Assembly: GCA_036785375.1 (NCBI GenBank)
Contig: JAWMAR010000603.1
Coordinates: forward strand, 868,001 to 932,000
Length of the DNA stretch: 64,000 bases
DNA from: Leucoraja ocellata
Taxonomy: Eukaryota
Reading direction: 5' to 3'
How positions within the stretch are numbered: the first letter of the stretch is position 1; the number at the start of each line of letters is the position of its first letter. This document shows positions 13,147-25,854 of this stretch, piece after piece. The translations under genes were made by a program, and so were the position numbers. A model generated the notes under the pieces. That model ran no database searches and was not told the DNA's origin. It was given only the letters and a program-made list of their open reading frames with translations.

Positions 13147-13380
13147 GGAGAGTGGTGAATCTCTGGAACTCTCTGCCACAGAGGGTAGTTGAGGCCAGTT
13201 CATTGGCTATATTTAACAGGGAGTTAGATGTGGCCCTTGTGGCTAAGGGGATCAGGGGGTATGGAGAGAAGGCAGGTACGGGATACTGAGTTGGATGATC
13301 AGCCATGATCATATTGAATGGCGGTGCAGGCTCGAAGGGCCGAATGGCCTACTCCTGCACCTAATTTCTATGTTTCTATG
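13147..13380 (+). mobile_element. Young CR1/HER1 3' end nested in an older CR1 fragment (about 13020-13650)
   Basis: gtggtgaatctctggaactc...cctactcctgcacctaatttctatgtttctatg. Confidence 0.88.
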
Positions 13381-13682
13381 AGAGCACAATTTCAGACAAA
13401 GGGGTTGCCTTAAGATGGAGACGAGCATTTTTATCTGAGGGTTGGGAAATCTCTACCTCAGAAAGCTATGGAGGCATTGACTATATCTAAGATAGAAATT
13501 TATGGACATTTAACCAACAAAGCAGTTGAGGGTAATGGGCAGAAAGCAGGAGAATGGTGTTGTGCCAAAAATTGGATCAGCCATGATCACGTCGATTGGT
13601 GGAGCAACTTCAATAGGCTTGTTGGCCTCCTCCCACTCCTTTTTCTTGTGTTGCTTTATTCTTGCAGAAACTCATCGCAAGT

Positions 13683-13998
13683 TGGGCGGCATGATTGGGG
13701 CAGTGGTAGAGTTGCTGCATTACAGCGCCAGAGACCTGGGTTCGAACCCGACTGCGGGTGCCGTCTGTACTGAGTTTGCACATTTTCCCCGTGACCTGCG
13801 TGGGTTTTCTCTGACATCTTCGGTTTCCTCCCACATTCCAAAGACGTACGTTTGTAGATTAAATGGTTTGGTGTAAATGAAAAATTGTCTCTAGTGTGTG
13901 TAGGATGGTGTTAGTGTGTGGGGATTGCTGGTCGGCACAGTCTCTATGGGCCGAAGGGCCTGTTTCCGCACTGTATCTCTCAACTGAATGAAACTAAG
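13683..13998 (+). mobile_element. HE1-type V-SINE, full length
   Basis: tRNA head, V-domain, CR1-derived tail. Confidence 0.88.
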
Positions 13999-14724
13999 TT
14001 AAAGCCTTTCCTATTTGTTTATGTCAAATATCTGGTTCCACCATCCACCCAGATGCACTGTTCTTGGAGCCTTAAGAACCCTTCCATTTGCAAGGTGTTC
14101 TTTTTATGGTTGGGCATGGGTGTGGTATTCGCTGGGAAATGCTTCAAGCTCAATTGCAATAGTCGAGCACATTTGTACCTCATTTCATATTTCAATTCTC
14201 CATTCTTTGATATATTTGGAATAATTTTATGAATTGTGTCCGACAGTCGTCCTGAAATGAAGTCAAGGGCTCCATTATGTACGATCTGGGGACATTTGCT
14301 ATTTTTACCTAACTTCAGATTGTAGATGTTGTCATGTAATAATTTAAGTTATTGGTCCTACGTTTTGAGGAACAGATAAAATATTATTTAAGTTTTTGAA
14401 ATACATACTGCGTCAGTTTGGGTTGTGTGGTAATAATTGTAGGTGGTTGTTGTCGCCATCTTTGTTTGCAGTCCCTAGGGATTGAGGAGGACTGCTTGTG
14501 GTATAGTTATGTAGGTTCTGAGGTGCATGACCAGGCCAATGTGGCATCTGCTGCCTTCGCCTTGTATAGGGCTGGAGGTCCCTGGTAGGTTGAGTTAGCG
14601 ATTATTCTAAGGTGAAGCACTCCCTCGGCTGCATTTATTTTAGCCTGCTTTCAGAGTATTAGACAAAACTCATGATCATTGTTTTTTATTTTTTTTTAGT
14701 TTGGCTGGCAAGGTATGAGCTGAG

Positions 14725-14910
14725 AATAGAAACATAGAAAATAGGTGCAGAAGTAGGCCATCACCGCCATTCAATATGATCATGTCTGATCATCCAAAAT
14801 CAGTACCCCATTCCAGCTTTTTCCCCCATATCCCTGGATTTCGTTAGCCCTGACAGCAAGATTCTAACTCTCTTGAAAACATCCAGTGAATTGGTTTCCA
14901 CTGCCTTCTT
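14725..14910 (-). mobile_element. CR1 3' end
   Basis: atagaaacatagaaaataggtgcag... Confidence 0.8.
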
Positions 14911-15012
14911 ACAATGTATATTTTATACTGTTGAATTGCTATTTGGATAGTCAATGCAGTGAAGTGTGTACTTACTAATGAGTGTATTTTTTATCTTTAT
15001 ACTGTTTCCTAG

Positions 15013-15066
15013 GTTCAGCCTGGGCATCATCGGATTCTCTTTGAAGTGTTTGATGAAAATCGATTG
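15013..15066 (+). CDS. NEDD4: NEDD4 C2 exon (54 nt): VQPGHHRILFEVFDENRL
   Basis: gtttcctag| ... TTG|gtgagt; NEDD4-family LFEVFDENRL. Confidence 0.95.
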
Positions 15067-16699
15067 GTGAGTTGTGTAACCCATATCAGCCAGAAATAAT
15101 TGTTCCAAAGTAAAATAAATGCTCCCATGTGTAAGTGTAAGATAGATAAATCCTACTTTCATTTTCCATGCAGTTCAAGTATAAAAGAAGTCCTATTGCA
15201 TCTTTACCTGGGATTTTTGGAAAAAGTGTAAAGGATCTCTCAAGTTCTACTATATCAGTGTTGAGCCAAGTATGAGATTATGTTAATATTTTACTAACCT
15301 GTTGATGTCTGCTTACTCAAAGGCAAAGCCATAGTGATAGATGGTTTGCTGCAATGGATGGTTCCCAAAAATTAATTGAATGTTACTTAGCATCAAAAAT
15401 GCTGGAAATCTGAATAGGACTGTAAATGCTGGAAGCATTCAGCGGGTCATTTCTAATGAAACATTCATTGTATCTCTTTCTAAAGAAGCCTGTTTGTCTG
15501 CTAAATGTTTCCAGCATTTTTCATTGTTATAATTTGGTGATAAAGGCTGACTCTAATTCCGTGTGTAGTTTGACTGCGTCTGCGCTTGTTCAGGCAAAAG
15601 GTGTCATTGCTGATCCTCCCCGAGGCTGGTTGGTGGCTGTCTTTAGCTGAGTAGGATGTAGAATTGGACCGGGTGTCTTGACCTCCAGTTTTATGTCAAT
15701 TTTGTAAATGTAATTTTAGAATCTGTTTTCCTTTCCTCGATTTGGAAGCACACTGCCAATGGTATGCTAATGAAGCATAGTCATTCATTATTCTGCTGTC
15801 AACGTACAACATTTCCAGTGCACTGTCATCACTTCTGTTTTATCATGTGATTTTTTTTCGCTCATCGGTCAATGTTCTTCCGCATTTGAAACGTTTATAT
15901 TTCTAGAATATCTGTTGCTCTCGAAACACAGTTGTTCAATTGTCAAAATGGTGGCGTCAACAGCATTTTTATTTCAATTGCTTCCAATTTTTAGCTGTTA
16001 GAGTGTTTAAATTTGAGTGTTAGTGAATAAAAATCATGGTAGCATTAAATAAATGCACGTTTTGTCACAGGCAAAGCAATATGAAGCAATATAGAAAAAG
16101 CAGTAAATGTAGAAAAGCAAAGGAATGGCTGTAAACATTCTATGTCAGTCCAATGATCAGAAAACTGATCTAGCCGATAGCAGAAATTTGAGTGTCCTTG
16201 GCTGGCAGCAATTCCAGGAAAATAAACCCTGGACCGTTCTGGATTTGTACGTTCTTTTCTACAAAGACGGTTCTGCCCTTTCCAAACATCTATATATTTT
16301 TTAAAGCCAGAACATTTCTATGAAAAGGAGTATTTATTCTGACAAAGAAACTACCTATGTCTGCAGCACACTCCACTTTGTCAGATTAGGTTGCCTTTTG
16401 ACTGAGTAGAAAACAAAAAGCTCAAAGGGCCATTTTAAATTTTATTTGCAGCCAAGATTATTCCACTTCTGTGCAGTAGTAGAATATTTTCATAAAAGGC
16501 ATCTGTTAAAATGCCAACAGTAAATGGTGCAGTTGTTACAGCTTTTGATTATAAGCAGCACATTTTTCCATTGTGTCGCCACTATTATCCCCAGAGGACA
16601 TTCAGATGGCAATTATACAGTTACCAAGCACTTGCTGTTGGTTTGCTGAAAAAAGTTAGACATTTTATTTCAACAACTTTGCTCAATGATCTATTATTC

Positions 16700-18147
16700 C
16701 TGCATAGCAGCTTATAAGCTTTTATTTCCTGTGTTAAAAGATATTATGTTAAGAACGTGAGAAGTGGCTAAATTTGTATTCTGATTCTCTGCTCTAAAAC
16801 CTGAGATAACTTTTTCATTTGATATCTTTTTTTCCTGCAAGACTTTGATCTAAGAATTGTAATGTACCTTTCTGTTGCGAACAACTCCGTGCCTGAAGTG
16901 TTAATATAAAGAACACGTGCCAAAGGAATAATTTCTGAGGTTAAGATTTGCTTTATATTTAATGATTATAACATGTAGGGTAGAGTATTTGAAAAATGCT
17001 TCCCCATAAAAATAAATTACTTATTCAGTGCTCTTGAATCTCTGCAGCTGATCGGAAAGCTGCAGGAAGAAAAGAATGTAGTTCTTTTGGCACAGCCACG
17101 AGTTTCAAATGTCAGGATGTGGCATTTCTGTGTGTGAAGAGAAAGGTTTTTCATAGATAGCTGCACCGAACAGGCTTGAAAAGTACTCACAGTCCACCAC
17201 CAGCAGCACTTCAGTCCAGAGGGAGTCTAATAATAGTTTTGTTTTTGTGTGTTTTTTTTTCTGACAAGATTTACTCATAATAGGGTCTATTTTTGATGGT
17301 TGGATTTCAGTGCCCAGCTAAGAGAACTGGAAATGTGAGTTTGATATTATTATCTACCACGAGCCAATTCTTGCATTGAGGAGCTGACAAAAGCGAATTG
17401 TGTTCAACTATTAATGCATAGCTCTAGAGTCTCTCACAGTTGTTAGCAGTAGTTTCCAGTGTATTTACCATTTCCCTGCAGTTTAATATTGTGGGTAGTG
17501 CTCAGAAACCCCTTCAGTACTGAAGTCTGCTGGATGTCGCTCTTTGAAATTTCCTGTAATGCAATACTATGGGGGTAAAAATATGATGTTGGTTCAGTGC
17601 AAGGGAAACAGTAAAAGCTGCAGTGTGTAGAGTGGTGCCCCATTCTTGCCCTGCTTGGTGAGGATGAGATATAATATGTGAAACCGCCATGCAAGAAGAT
17701 TGTTGATTTTGGGTCGGATTCAGTCATTCATGCAAGTCAAGGAGGTTTAATTGAAGCAAGCTTGGCTGGAATTCAAACTGTGCAGCAGCTGAGCTCCTTG
17801 TAAAGGTTGCTGAATTTCCAGCGCTGTGGAAGGGACTGTGCCTTCATTTCACACACTTTGCAGACATTCATGGATAATCAGGCTTCCTGGAGCTATTCCT
17901 ACGACCATGGATTTTGTTCCTTTATATTTCTAACTTCCTGGGCTTACTAGTCGCGGTTCAATAATGACTGGAATGCTGTTTGTCACTTCAGCTATTTCTG
18001 CCTATCTACAGCTACTGATGGTGACTGTATCCCAAACTGCGGTGCTTGCTATGTTCGCCTTCAGCTTGCCCTGCAAAATGTGAAGTTTTAACCAGCTCGG
18101 CTCCATTCCAAACTAGGACCACGTTTGTTTTATATTCAAATAGAGAA
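16700..18147 (+). promoter_or_regulatory. Probable intronic promoter/5' UTR of the long NEDD4 isoform
   Basis: No recognisable repeats directly upstream of an ATG-bearing alternative first exon; TSS not determinable from sequence. Confidence 0.5.
17964..18083 (+). other. Candidate upstream ORF, 39 aa, hydrophobic (MTGMLFVTSAISAYLQLLMVTVSQTAVLAMFAFSLPCKM)
   Basis: ATG 17964 to TGA 18083, 64 nt before the long-isoform AUG; inclusion in the transcript is unproven. Confidence 0.35.
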
Positions 18148-19428
18148 ATGGCTCGTCGTTTACGATTGCATTTTGCAACCAGGAGGAGCAACACTGACCC
18201 ACTGTCCGAGACTTCGGGAGAGGGTTTGGAGAGTAACATTTGTATGACAGTTGAGACTGTACCACTACATTCAAGAAAGAATGTTAATCAATTGATTACG
18301 CTTGAGCCTGCAGTGCTGCCTACCGTATCAAAGACTGAACGTATCCTGCAACGTAGTTCTTCATTGTTCATACCACAGGTTAGTAATAACGATCACCTCC
18401 GCAAAAAGAGCTCAACGTTGCAAATATCATTACAATCCAAACAGTCCAGTAGACATTGTGACTCTAGCAACAACAACAGCTGTGAGCATGCTTTACGCAG
18501 TAGCAACATATCTTTTGACCAAGAGCTTTTAGAGCGTGCCGTGGTGCCTACCAAAACGTCAGTGAAGTCGAGGAAAGCAAAGATGCCACTGAGGCGCTGT
18601 TCATCACTGGTGATATTTCCTCAGAGTCCTTGCAACACTCCACCAGCTACTCCAACCAGCCCAGATCCTTTTACAGGACGCAGCAGCAACCCCACCCTGA
18701 GTAGATTCCTCCCTTGCTCCCAAGACCCAATTCAAGGTGAAGATCAGGTTGTGTCTAAATCCAAAGAAACAAGTACTTGTTTTGTTGCGACAGCAGTTAA
18801 TGGGCTTCGATTATCCAATCCAACTTGTTCTTCCAATGAAGTCAGAGACATTAAGCCACTTTACTGTAATGGCTACCAGTCTGCTAAGAATCACACAGTC
18901 GATTACAATGAAGAAGATTCTGAGTGTCAGGGAAAAGCGAAGAAACTGCATAGACCTTCGAATCACATTCTGTACTTGAATTGCCAGAAAGCTCTTGTTG
19001 TGGGAACAGAGACCAAGGAAGGACAAATATACCACGAGTCGTTTGTAAAGGAATTTAAACAGAGCCCTTTAAATACTAGACATACGCGATATCAAGATAT
19101 CAAATTAATACGGAGCACGTCAGTATGTTTGCCTTCATTCAAGCATTCAGAGTGCCAAGTAAATGATAATGGGGAGATCGATAGGGAGAATGAATATGAA
19201 CAAAGCAAGCGGCCCATCTTTCAAAGAAGCCACTCGCTTGAAGTTCCCTGCCGGCTGGTCTCCAGTTACCATTCAAGACTGAAACATTACTGTTCAAAAG
19301 TTGGGAACTCTCAACTACACATTCATGTCGCTCCAAGATCGGAACAGAATTTTTTTATCTCAGAGGAGAAAATAGCTGGTAACTACAAAAAGGAAACTAA
19401 TTCAACTATTTGGGGACAAGAGTATAAG
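18148..19428 (+). CDS. NEDD4: NEDD4 alternative first coding exon of the long N-terminal isoform (427 codons, MARRLRLHFATRRSNTDPLSETSG...WGQEYK)
   Basis: Within ORF 18046-19437; ATG in strong context (gaaATGG); phase-0 donor AAG|gtaagg joins the TRDDF exon. Motifs match the recalled human long isoform (MAQSLRLHFAARRSNTYPLSETSG, KKSSxLQISLQ, PLxRxSSLVIFP, TAVNGLRLS, EVRDIxPL). Confidence 0.92.
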
Positions 19429-21271
19429 GTAAGGTAATTACATGAGTTGGCCTTAGATGTGATAATATCAAACTTGTGAAAATGCAACTCGTGCTGGAAG
19501 TCGAAAAACAATTTTAAATTAGAAAATCATTACTATTTCCCTTCCTACTTTTAATACCAAATTTTTATTAGTATAGAGTTTTTTTCCTAGATGATTGTGG
19601 TAAGTGACAAAAATAGAGGATCCTCAACGCAAGACTGACTGTCAAATTATTTTTTTAAACGTTTTATGTTAAATTTATCACTGGGATATTTGGTTGCTTG
19701 TTTCTTGTTGTAGTTTGGTCTTAAGATGTTGGTATTCTGGTAACATTTGTTGATATGAACTACATGGATATTTAAATAATTTTCAAAGTACATTGCCCAT
19801 TCTATAGATATTCTAATGTAAATAATCTTCCGGGCAAAGAATTTCTCTTGGAGCTGTTGGTTAGCAAAAAATAACTTTGTGCTACTCGTTGTATTCTATT
19901 ATTCAAGCTCTCGAGGAACATTTTTAATGGGGAGACCTGTTCTGAAAGTAATTTGGATTAACTATGAGAAATTAAAGTTATTGTCATGTAATATATTATC
20001 CCCAAAATAAATTGCTTCCTGAATTTCTCCAATTGGCCACAATTACTTGTGGATCCTACAGGAAGAAAGTTATTTATACAGAAAGGTACAAACAGATTGA
20101 AAATGCTCTGGTTTTGATGCTTGTAAAACAGCCTCTGACAAATTTGCTTCGAATGAAATAGTTACTGACACTTCTGTCTTAAACAGTATTTTAAACATTT
20201 AATTATGTTCGGCAAAGAATACCAGATTGTGGTCTTTTCATTTACTCCAATGATGTTCTCTGAACAATTTGTACTTTCACAAATTTAAAAACCCTTTTTT
20301 GCTTTATGAGTAAGCATGTGTGCAATTCGAGCTTTCGGTCGTAAAGATGTGCCTTGCAAGTTAAATTTGGATATCAAAACTCATTGCCTACTATTTAAAA
20401 TATTTGTGCGTGTAGTTTAGTGAACCTGAGAAATATATATTAATGATTTCCATTGAGAAACTTGGTTACCTCCTCCCGAGCACAAAAAGCCCCTTCAAAT
20501 TTAGAATGTCCATTAGTTTCTGGTGCAGAAATTGTTACAGTACTTATTGCACTAACTTGAATTAGCAGTAAGTCAAAGAACATACCTACGCCTGGTTGAA
20601 TAACCTAAACCTGCATTTCCAAATTGTGCCTTTTTTTTAGAACCCAGAACATGTCTTAATCTATTCTATTTCCCTTATTCAATGCAATGTAAATTTATCA
20701 CTCTTTACTTCATGAATCAAATGTGTAAGAGCTGGCCTTGCATTAAAGAGATTATTTGGGGGTTTTAAATACATAGACAGTTAGGTTATCCCTTTGTTTT
20801 ATAAAATGTATCAATATTAGGCTCGCTAAATATAGGAGTGTAGACCTGATTTAAAAATATTACTGCCAGAATATTTCATCAGACTCCAGATAGTCTGGCC
20901 TGGCTAACGTATATGGAAGGTCTGAGTTCAAATATAACAACTTGATATTGGAGTAGCGGTGGTCACTGTCAGCCATCTGTACACAGCAGCCATGAAATTG
21001 GATCAGCACCATGGCAGAGTTCTGTTGTGCTTGCAGACATTAAAAAGTCCACACACTGCTCTTTCACTTGGGCAATAGATTTCAGCAACAAACTATCAGA
21101 TGACCTGCCGTCTATAATTAACAGCTTGTTAAAGGCTATTTTTCAGATCTATGCAGAAGTATTTGACTACTGCTTTGTGACAGGTCTATCACCTTCGGAC
21201 CCTCTAACAATCTGGGCATGCGATAAAACCAGTTTCACACGGGAAGGCTGGTCCCCCAATGCAATATTCCA

Positions 21272-21488
21272 NNNNNNNNNNNNNNNNNNNNNNNNNNNNN
21301 NNNNNNNNNNNNNNNNNNNNNNNNNNNNNNNNNNNNNNNNNNNNNNNNNNNNNNNNNNNNNNNNNNNNNNNNNNNNNNNNNNNNNNNNNNNNNNNNNNNN
21401 NNNNNNNNNNNNNNNNNNNNNNNNNNNNNNNNNNNNNNNNNNNNNNNNNNNNNNNNNNNNNNNNNNNNNNNNNNNNNNNNNNNNNNNN
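21272..21488. other. Assembly gap (217 N) followed by an imperfect (CA)n tract to about 21572
   Basis: Run of N; cacacatacac... repeats. Confidence 1.
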
Positions 21489-21759
21489 AGTCACACATAC
21501 ACTTACTTACACACACGCACTCACACACACTCACTCACGCACACAGACTCGTACACATACACTCACACACACCAGATATATATGACAGTAAACTTTCTTG
21601 AATCTACTCACACGGCTGAGCGCGGCCTCTCCACTTTGGGGCTTCCGCAGTCAGCAGCACTTCCGCAATCAGCGTGACCTCGGCACTCACCGGAAATTAC
21701 GCAATCAGCGCGACCTGTCCACTAAGCGGAAGTCACAAAATGTGCGGGACATTTGGACT

Positions 21760-21860
21760 AAACACAGTCGGACCTAATAAAGCATTTATTCCTTCCAAAC
21801 ACAGTCGGACCTAATGAAGCATTTATTCCTTCCAAACACAGTCGGACCTAATAAAGCATT
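21760..21860 (+). repeat. 37-bp minisatellite, about 2.7 copies, inside an unclassified repeat (about 21575-22060)
   Basis: Unit aaacacagtcggacctaataaagcatttattccttcc starting at 21760, 21797 and 21834. Confidence 0.9.
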
Positions 21861-23344
21861 GCAGTTTAAAGCACAGGCAGGACAGCAGGCAAAACAACTC
21901 ATGGCATTGTCATTAAGGGCTAACAAATAATTTCTTGCAAATACATTGCAGACTCACAGTTCAGTTGATTCACAGATTAGAATCACAGTCATGGCCTCTT
22001 CCTTGCGATCTTGCAGAGTAACAAACTCACGTCCAGGCATCCAGGGTTTTATAGTCCTGCTTGTTTAGTTTAATTTAGTTAAACTAAACTAAGCCAGATT
22101 TTCTGGTCCATTCGATCCTTTGGCTATGAGTGTTGCACAGATTGTAGTTCTTTTTATCCACTATCTTATTATTTTATCGTTTCAGGTGGGATAGAAGAGT
22201 TAGATTTAAGGTCTTGGCAGTAGATTGATAATTTGAAAATACAATTTATTTGAAATAAATGTCTAAGTCAGTAAGTGGTAGTTGCACCTCATTTTCATGG
22301 TGTAATTCTACACTTTAATGAGTAAAAATTAAATTGCAGGGGTTTATTTAGTTCCAGTGTATTTCAATGGAGCACATGTTGCAACAAATACACCTTCTCT
22401 GTGATTACAGTTATGAGAGCTTCATCAGTAAAGTGTAACTTATAAGTGTGGCTTGGGTCAGATGTTTGCAGAATCACATCAATCTAGTGTATGGACAGTT
22501 CCCCTCCTCTTTGCATGAGAGTGCTTGTGGTAAAGAGATAGTCAATCAAATAATCAATCATGCCTTTGATTTTGTAATCAATGATGGTTACCATATTGCA
22601 GCGGACCTAGAAACAGGTAGGCTGCCATACAGGCATGCAACAATATTGGCTGATCTGCAAGTAAGATCGACTCCTGGTTGAGAACAGCTGAGGGTAGTCA
22701 CCATCAGCTGGCATAATAAAGCAACAGGAATAAAATGGATGCAAAATGATTTAAACAAAAAAAATGTTGAGTACTTTAGATCATCAGTGGTGCAGAATAT
22801 AAATCATATGCTTCTTGCAAGTAAACTCCAATATTGACACACGTTGGCAATAGCAACAATTTCCTTGTGCGTTTAACACCAGAGCGTAATGTACAATGTT
22901 GTACCAATATTCAGGAAAACACTTTTCCTTCATTACCTTTGCTCAGAGTATGATTTGCCATCTTTATTTTTTGCATTATTCATAACATTGTTTATGATAT
23001 TTAAATAATCCTGTCTTCAAGATTATTATTGATGTAGTCAACTAGATTGATGGTTGTTAAGGATTTTGGACTGTAAAGGAGTTTAGTAAAGTAATCCATT
23101 GTACATATAATTGCTTGATTACCTGAGGCTAAATATGTTAAGCTATTATTGTGCCATGCCTGCTAGGAAATTTCTCTTTTGAAAGGTTAAACTGTATATT
23201 TTAATATTGTTCATTCTGGAGTTGCTGCTCCTTTTCGACTGAAGTAATTCACATCTGCATACCACTCCAAGCCAATGCCAAGATGGAACTGAACAAATTA
23301 TATTCATCATCAACTCTCTAATGAGACAACAAAGTTAAGAAGAT

Positions 23345-23740
23345 TGAAGGGGAGGATCTCATTGAAACATACAGAATAGTGAAAAACTTGGATAGGGTGG
23401 ATTGGGAGAGGATGTTTCCACTAGTGTAAGAGTCTAAGAATTAGGTCATAGCCTCAGAATTAAAGGACGTTCTTTTAGGAAGGAGATGAGGAGGAATTTC
23501 TTTAGTCAGATGGTGGTGAATCTGGGGAATTCTTTGCCACAGAAGGCTGTGGAGGCAAGGTCAGTGAATATATTTAAGGCAGAGATAGATAGATTCTTGA
23601 TTGGTATGGGTGTCAGATGTTGTGGGGAGAAGGCAGGAGAATGGGGTTAGGAGGGAGAGATAGATCAGCCATGATTGAATGGCGGAGTAGATTTAATGGG
23701 TCGAATGGCCTAATTCTACTCCTATCACTTATGATCTTAT
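23345..23740 (+). mobile_element. CR1/HER1 3' end
   Basis: gtggtgaatctggggaattctttgccacagaagg...cctatcacttatgatcttatga. Confidence 0.88.
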
Positions 23741-25009
23741 GAAATCCTGATGCCTTATTCACCATCTCTGATAACAACTTCAGCAAAACTCAGGTGGGCA
23801 CTCCCTAAATGCCATCAGCAAGTCCCTTGTCCCATGCAGGGTTTTACCGCTCTAAACCACTACTACACCACCATCACGTATGCTCCATCCATTGCTCCAT
23901 CCCTTGCCCTCATTTTGACCATTCTGCCTTGCTCCTGAAGATATTGAAGCATGAGGCACTGACGGAGAGAATAATGCAGCAGTGGCTTGAGGAAGCTGAC
24001 AATCTACTACAGGATCACCTTGACTGGAACATGTTTGTGACTACTTCATTCATCCCGAGTGAGTGTATACATCATTCGTCATCTGTTTTATCAAGAAACC
24101 TCGGAGATTCACTCTCAGCTAAAGTCTAGCTTTGAGGGCTTCCTGAAGTCTGAATCCACACTGTACAAGAAGTCCAAGAATGGTCTCTCCAAGGCTCTTA
24201 AGGATGATTGGAGAGGATTTCAGAACAAACTCAATTCAGGCAGGAGACTGTGGCGGGCCTTGAATATCCTCAAGCCCAAATCAAGGGCAATCTCTGGCGA
24301 TAACTCATCTGGACTTGCATATAATCAAATCATATCCAAATTATATTCAGTAAAAGCATCTTCCATTTATAGCATAGTGGATGGGTCATTAACATTTATT
24401 CCCTTAACTTCTTGTCATCTCCTTGATGGAACTGTAAAAGAGAATTAATAACATCTAATGGCACTTTAAATTGAGAAGAATTTTCTAAACAAGGTATTTT
24501 CAAGAAATCTCCTTGTTATAGAATACACAAAGGCCTGTTTTTGATTTGTATACAGGTTGAAGGAATTTATTTCAGTTTAAAAGAAATACTAATAGCCAGG
24601 TGAAAAGTGAGATGAGGCAGAGCTAATCTTAGAAATAAATGGAATGTTGCAATATATTTAACCAGCATTGGCATGATGGGGCAAATGGCCTCCTTCGGTG
24701 CTGTAACTTACCGTGATTCTATGTTTAGATGTTATAAAGAATCTGAAAATTGAGCCAGAGGTTGAGATAACCAGAAAAATGTAAGAGGAATTCCAGCGAA
24801 TTGGAAGTAAAGATATTGGCCAGTAAAGTCACAGTGATTACTCCAGATCTTTTTTATTTAAATGATTATGACACATTAATGTAAATTATTATATTTCAGA
24901 CCAATAAATAACATGAAGTTGTCCTGCAAAAATAGAGGGGAATTAAGCTGTTTAAGCTCTCCTGCTTCAGTTTGCGGCTCCTTTCCTCCACGTGTTATGA
25001 TTCACATGG

Positions 25010-25250
25010 TATCAGTTGCAAATGAGTCAGAGGTTAAATTCAAGCTCAGTCTTCAACTTAAGAACATAATTGGGACACTTACTGGAAATGCAGCATTATT
25101 ACTGCTCTCTTGAATGAAAGTTTAAACGTGTCTATTTTGAATAAATGATTGAAAGATTCCAGTTCTGGGGTAATATCCTTCCTCAAACCACCATCATCAT
25201 TGATTTATTTGTTTAATGTAAACTAGATACTCTGTTTGCTTGTACTGCCT
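25010..25250 (+). mobile_element. Highly degenerate Deu-type SINE (SacSINE1-like)
   Basis: tgagtcagaggttaaattcaag...gaaagattcc...cctcaaaccaccatca resembles the recalled Deu-SINE layout; related minus-strand relic near 43320-43430. Confidence 0.35.
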
Positions 25251-25854
25251 TTGAATTAATCACCTTTAATTAGTTCTTTAAGTTTCAGGGATCTCTTGAG
25301 ACATGGTAAACTGACCTCTAAATAGTTGTTCTGTCTGTTTTCTTTCCTTTTCTTCCTTTTTCTTTCCCTTTCTCACAAGACCAATTGACCCATTGCCTCT
25401 CCTTGTAGGACAACCAACCTGGTGTCTGTCAGTCAAGGCAGAGTCAACATTCATGCAGGGGCCCATGGAATTAGAGTCAGTCAAGGTTGCTTTTAGTGAC
25501 TTTGCAAGACCACTCCTATAATGGCAGAAATCTAAAAGTATCTGGGCGCTGTGTGACCCTAAGTGGTTGCATAAAGCAGCAAAGTATTCAAATTTCATCT
25601 GTTAAATGTCTTGAAAAGAAATTGCGGTGATTCTTGAAATTAAGTTTTATATTTTGTTTGGCCCTGTGTTTCATATGGGGTTCTGTAGTTAATGCTGCAT
25701 AGAAGGGAGTAATTGCTGGCCATTCACTGTGAGTGAATGTCAATGCTATCTCTTGGGCCAACATTGTCTGAAGAGGGATGGACACAAAGTGCTTGAGTAA
25801 CTCAGCGGGTTAGGCAGCATCTCTGGTGATAAAGGATGCCTCTTCCTTCCAGTC

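Noticed and set aside
18046-18147. TTG-started 34-codon N-terminal extension in the ORF track
   Set aside because: Homology begins at ATG 18148, which has strong context; the TTG start comes from the ORF caller
19429-19439. Second donor AG|gtaatt 5 nt downstream of the long-exon donor
   Set aside because: Out of frame with the TRDDF exon
21760-21860. CRISPR-like 37-bp repeats
   Set aside because: Head-to-tail tandem units without spacers, in vertebrate DNA
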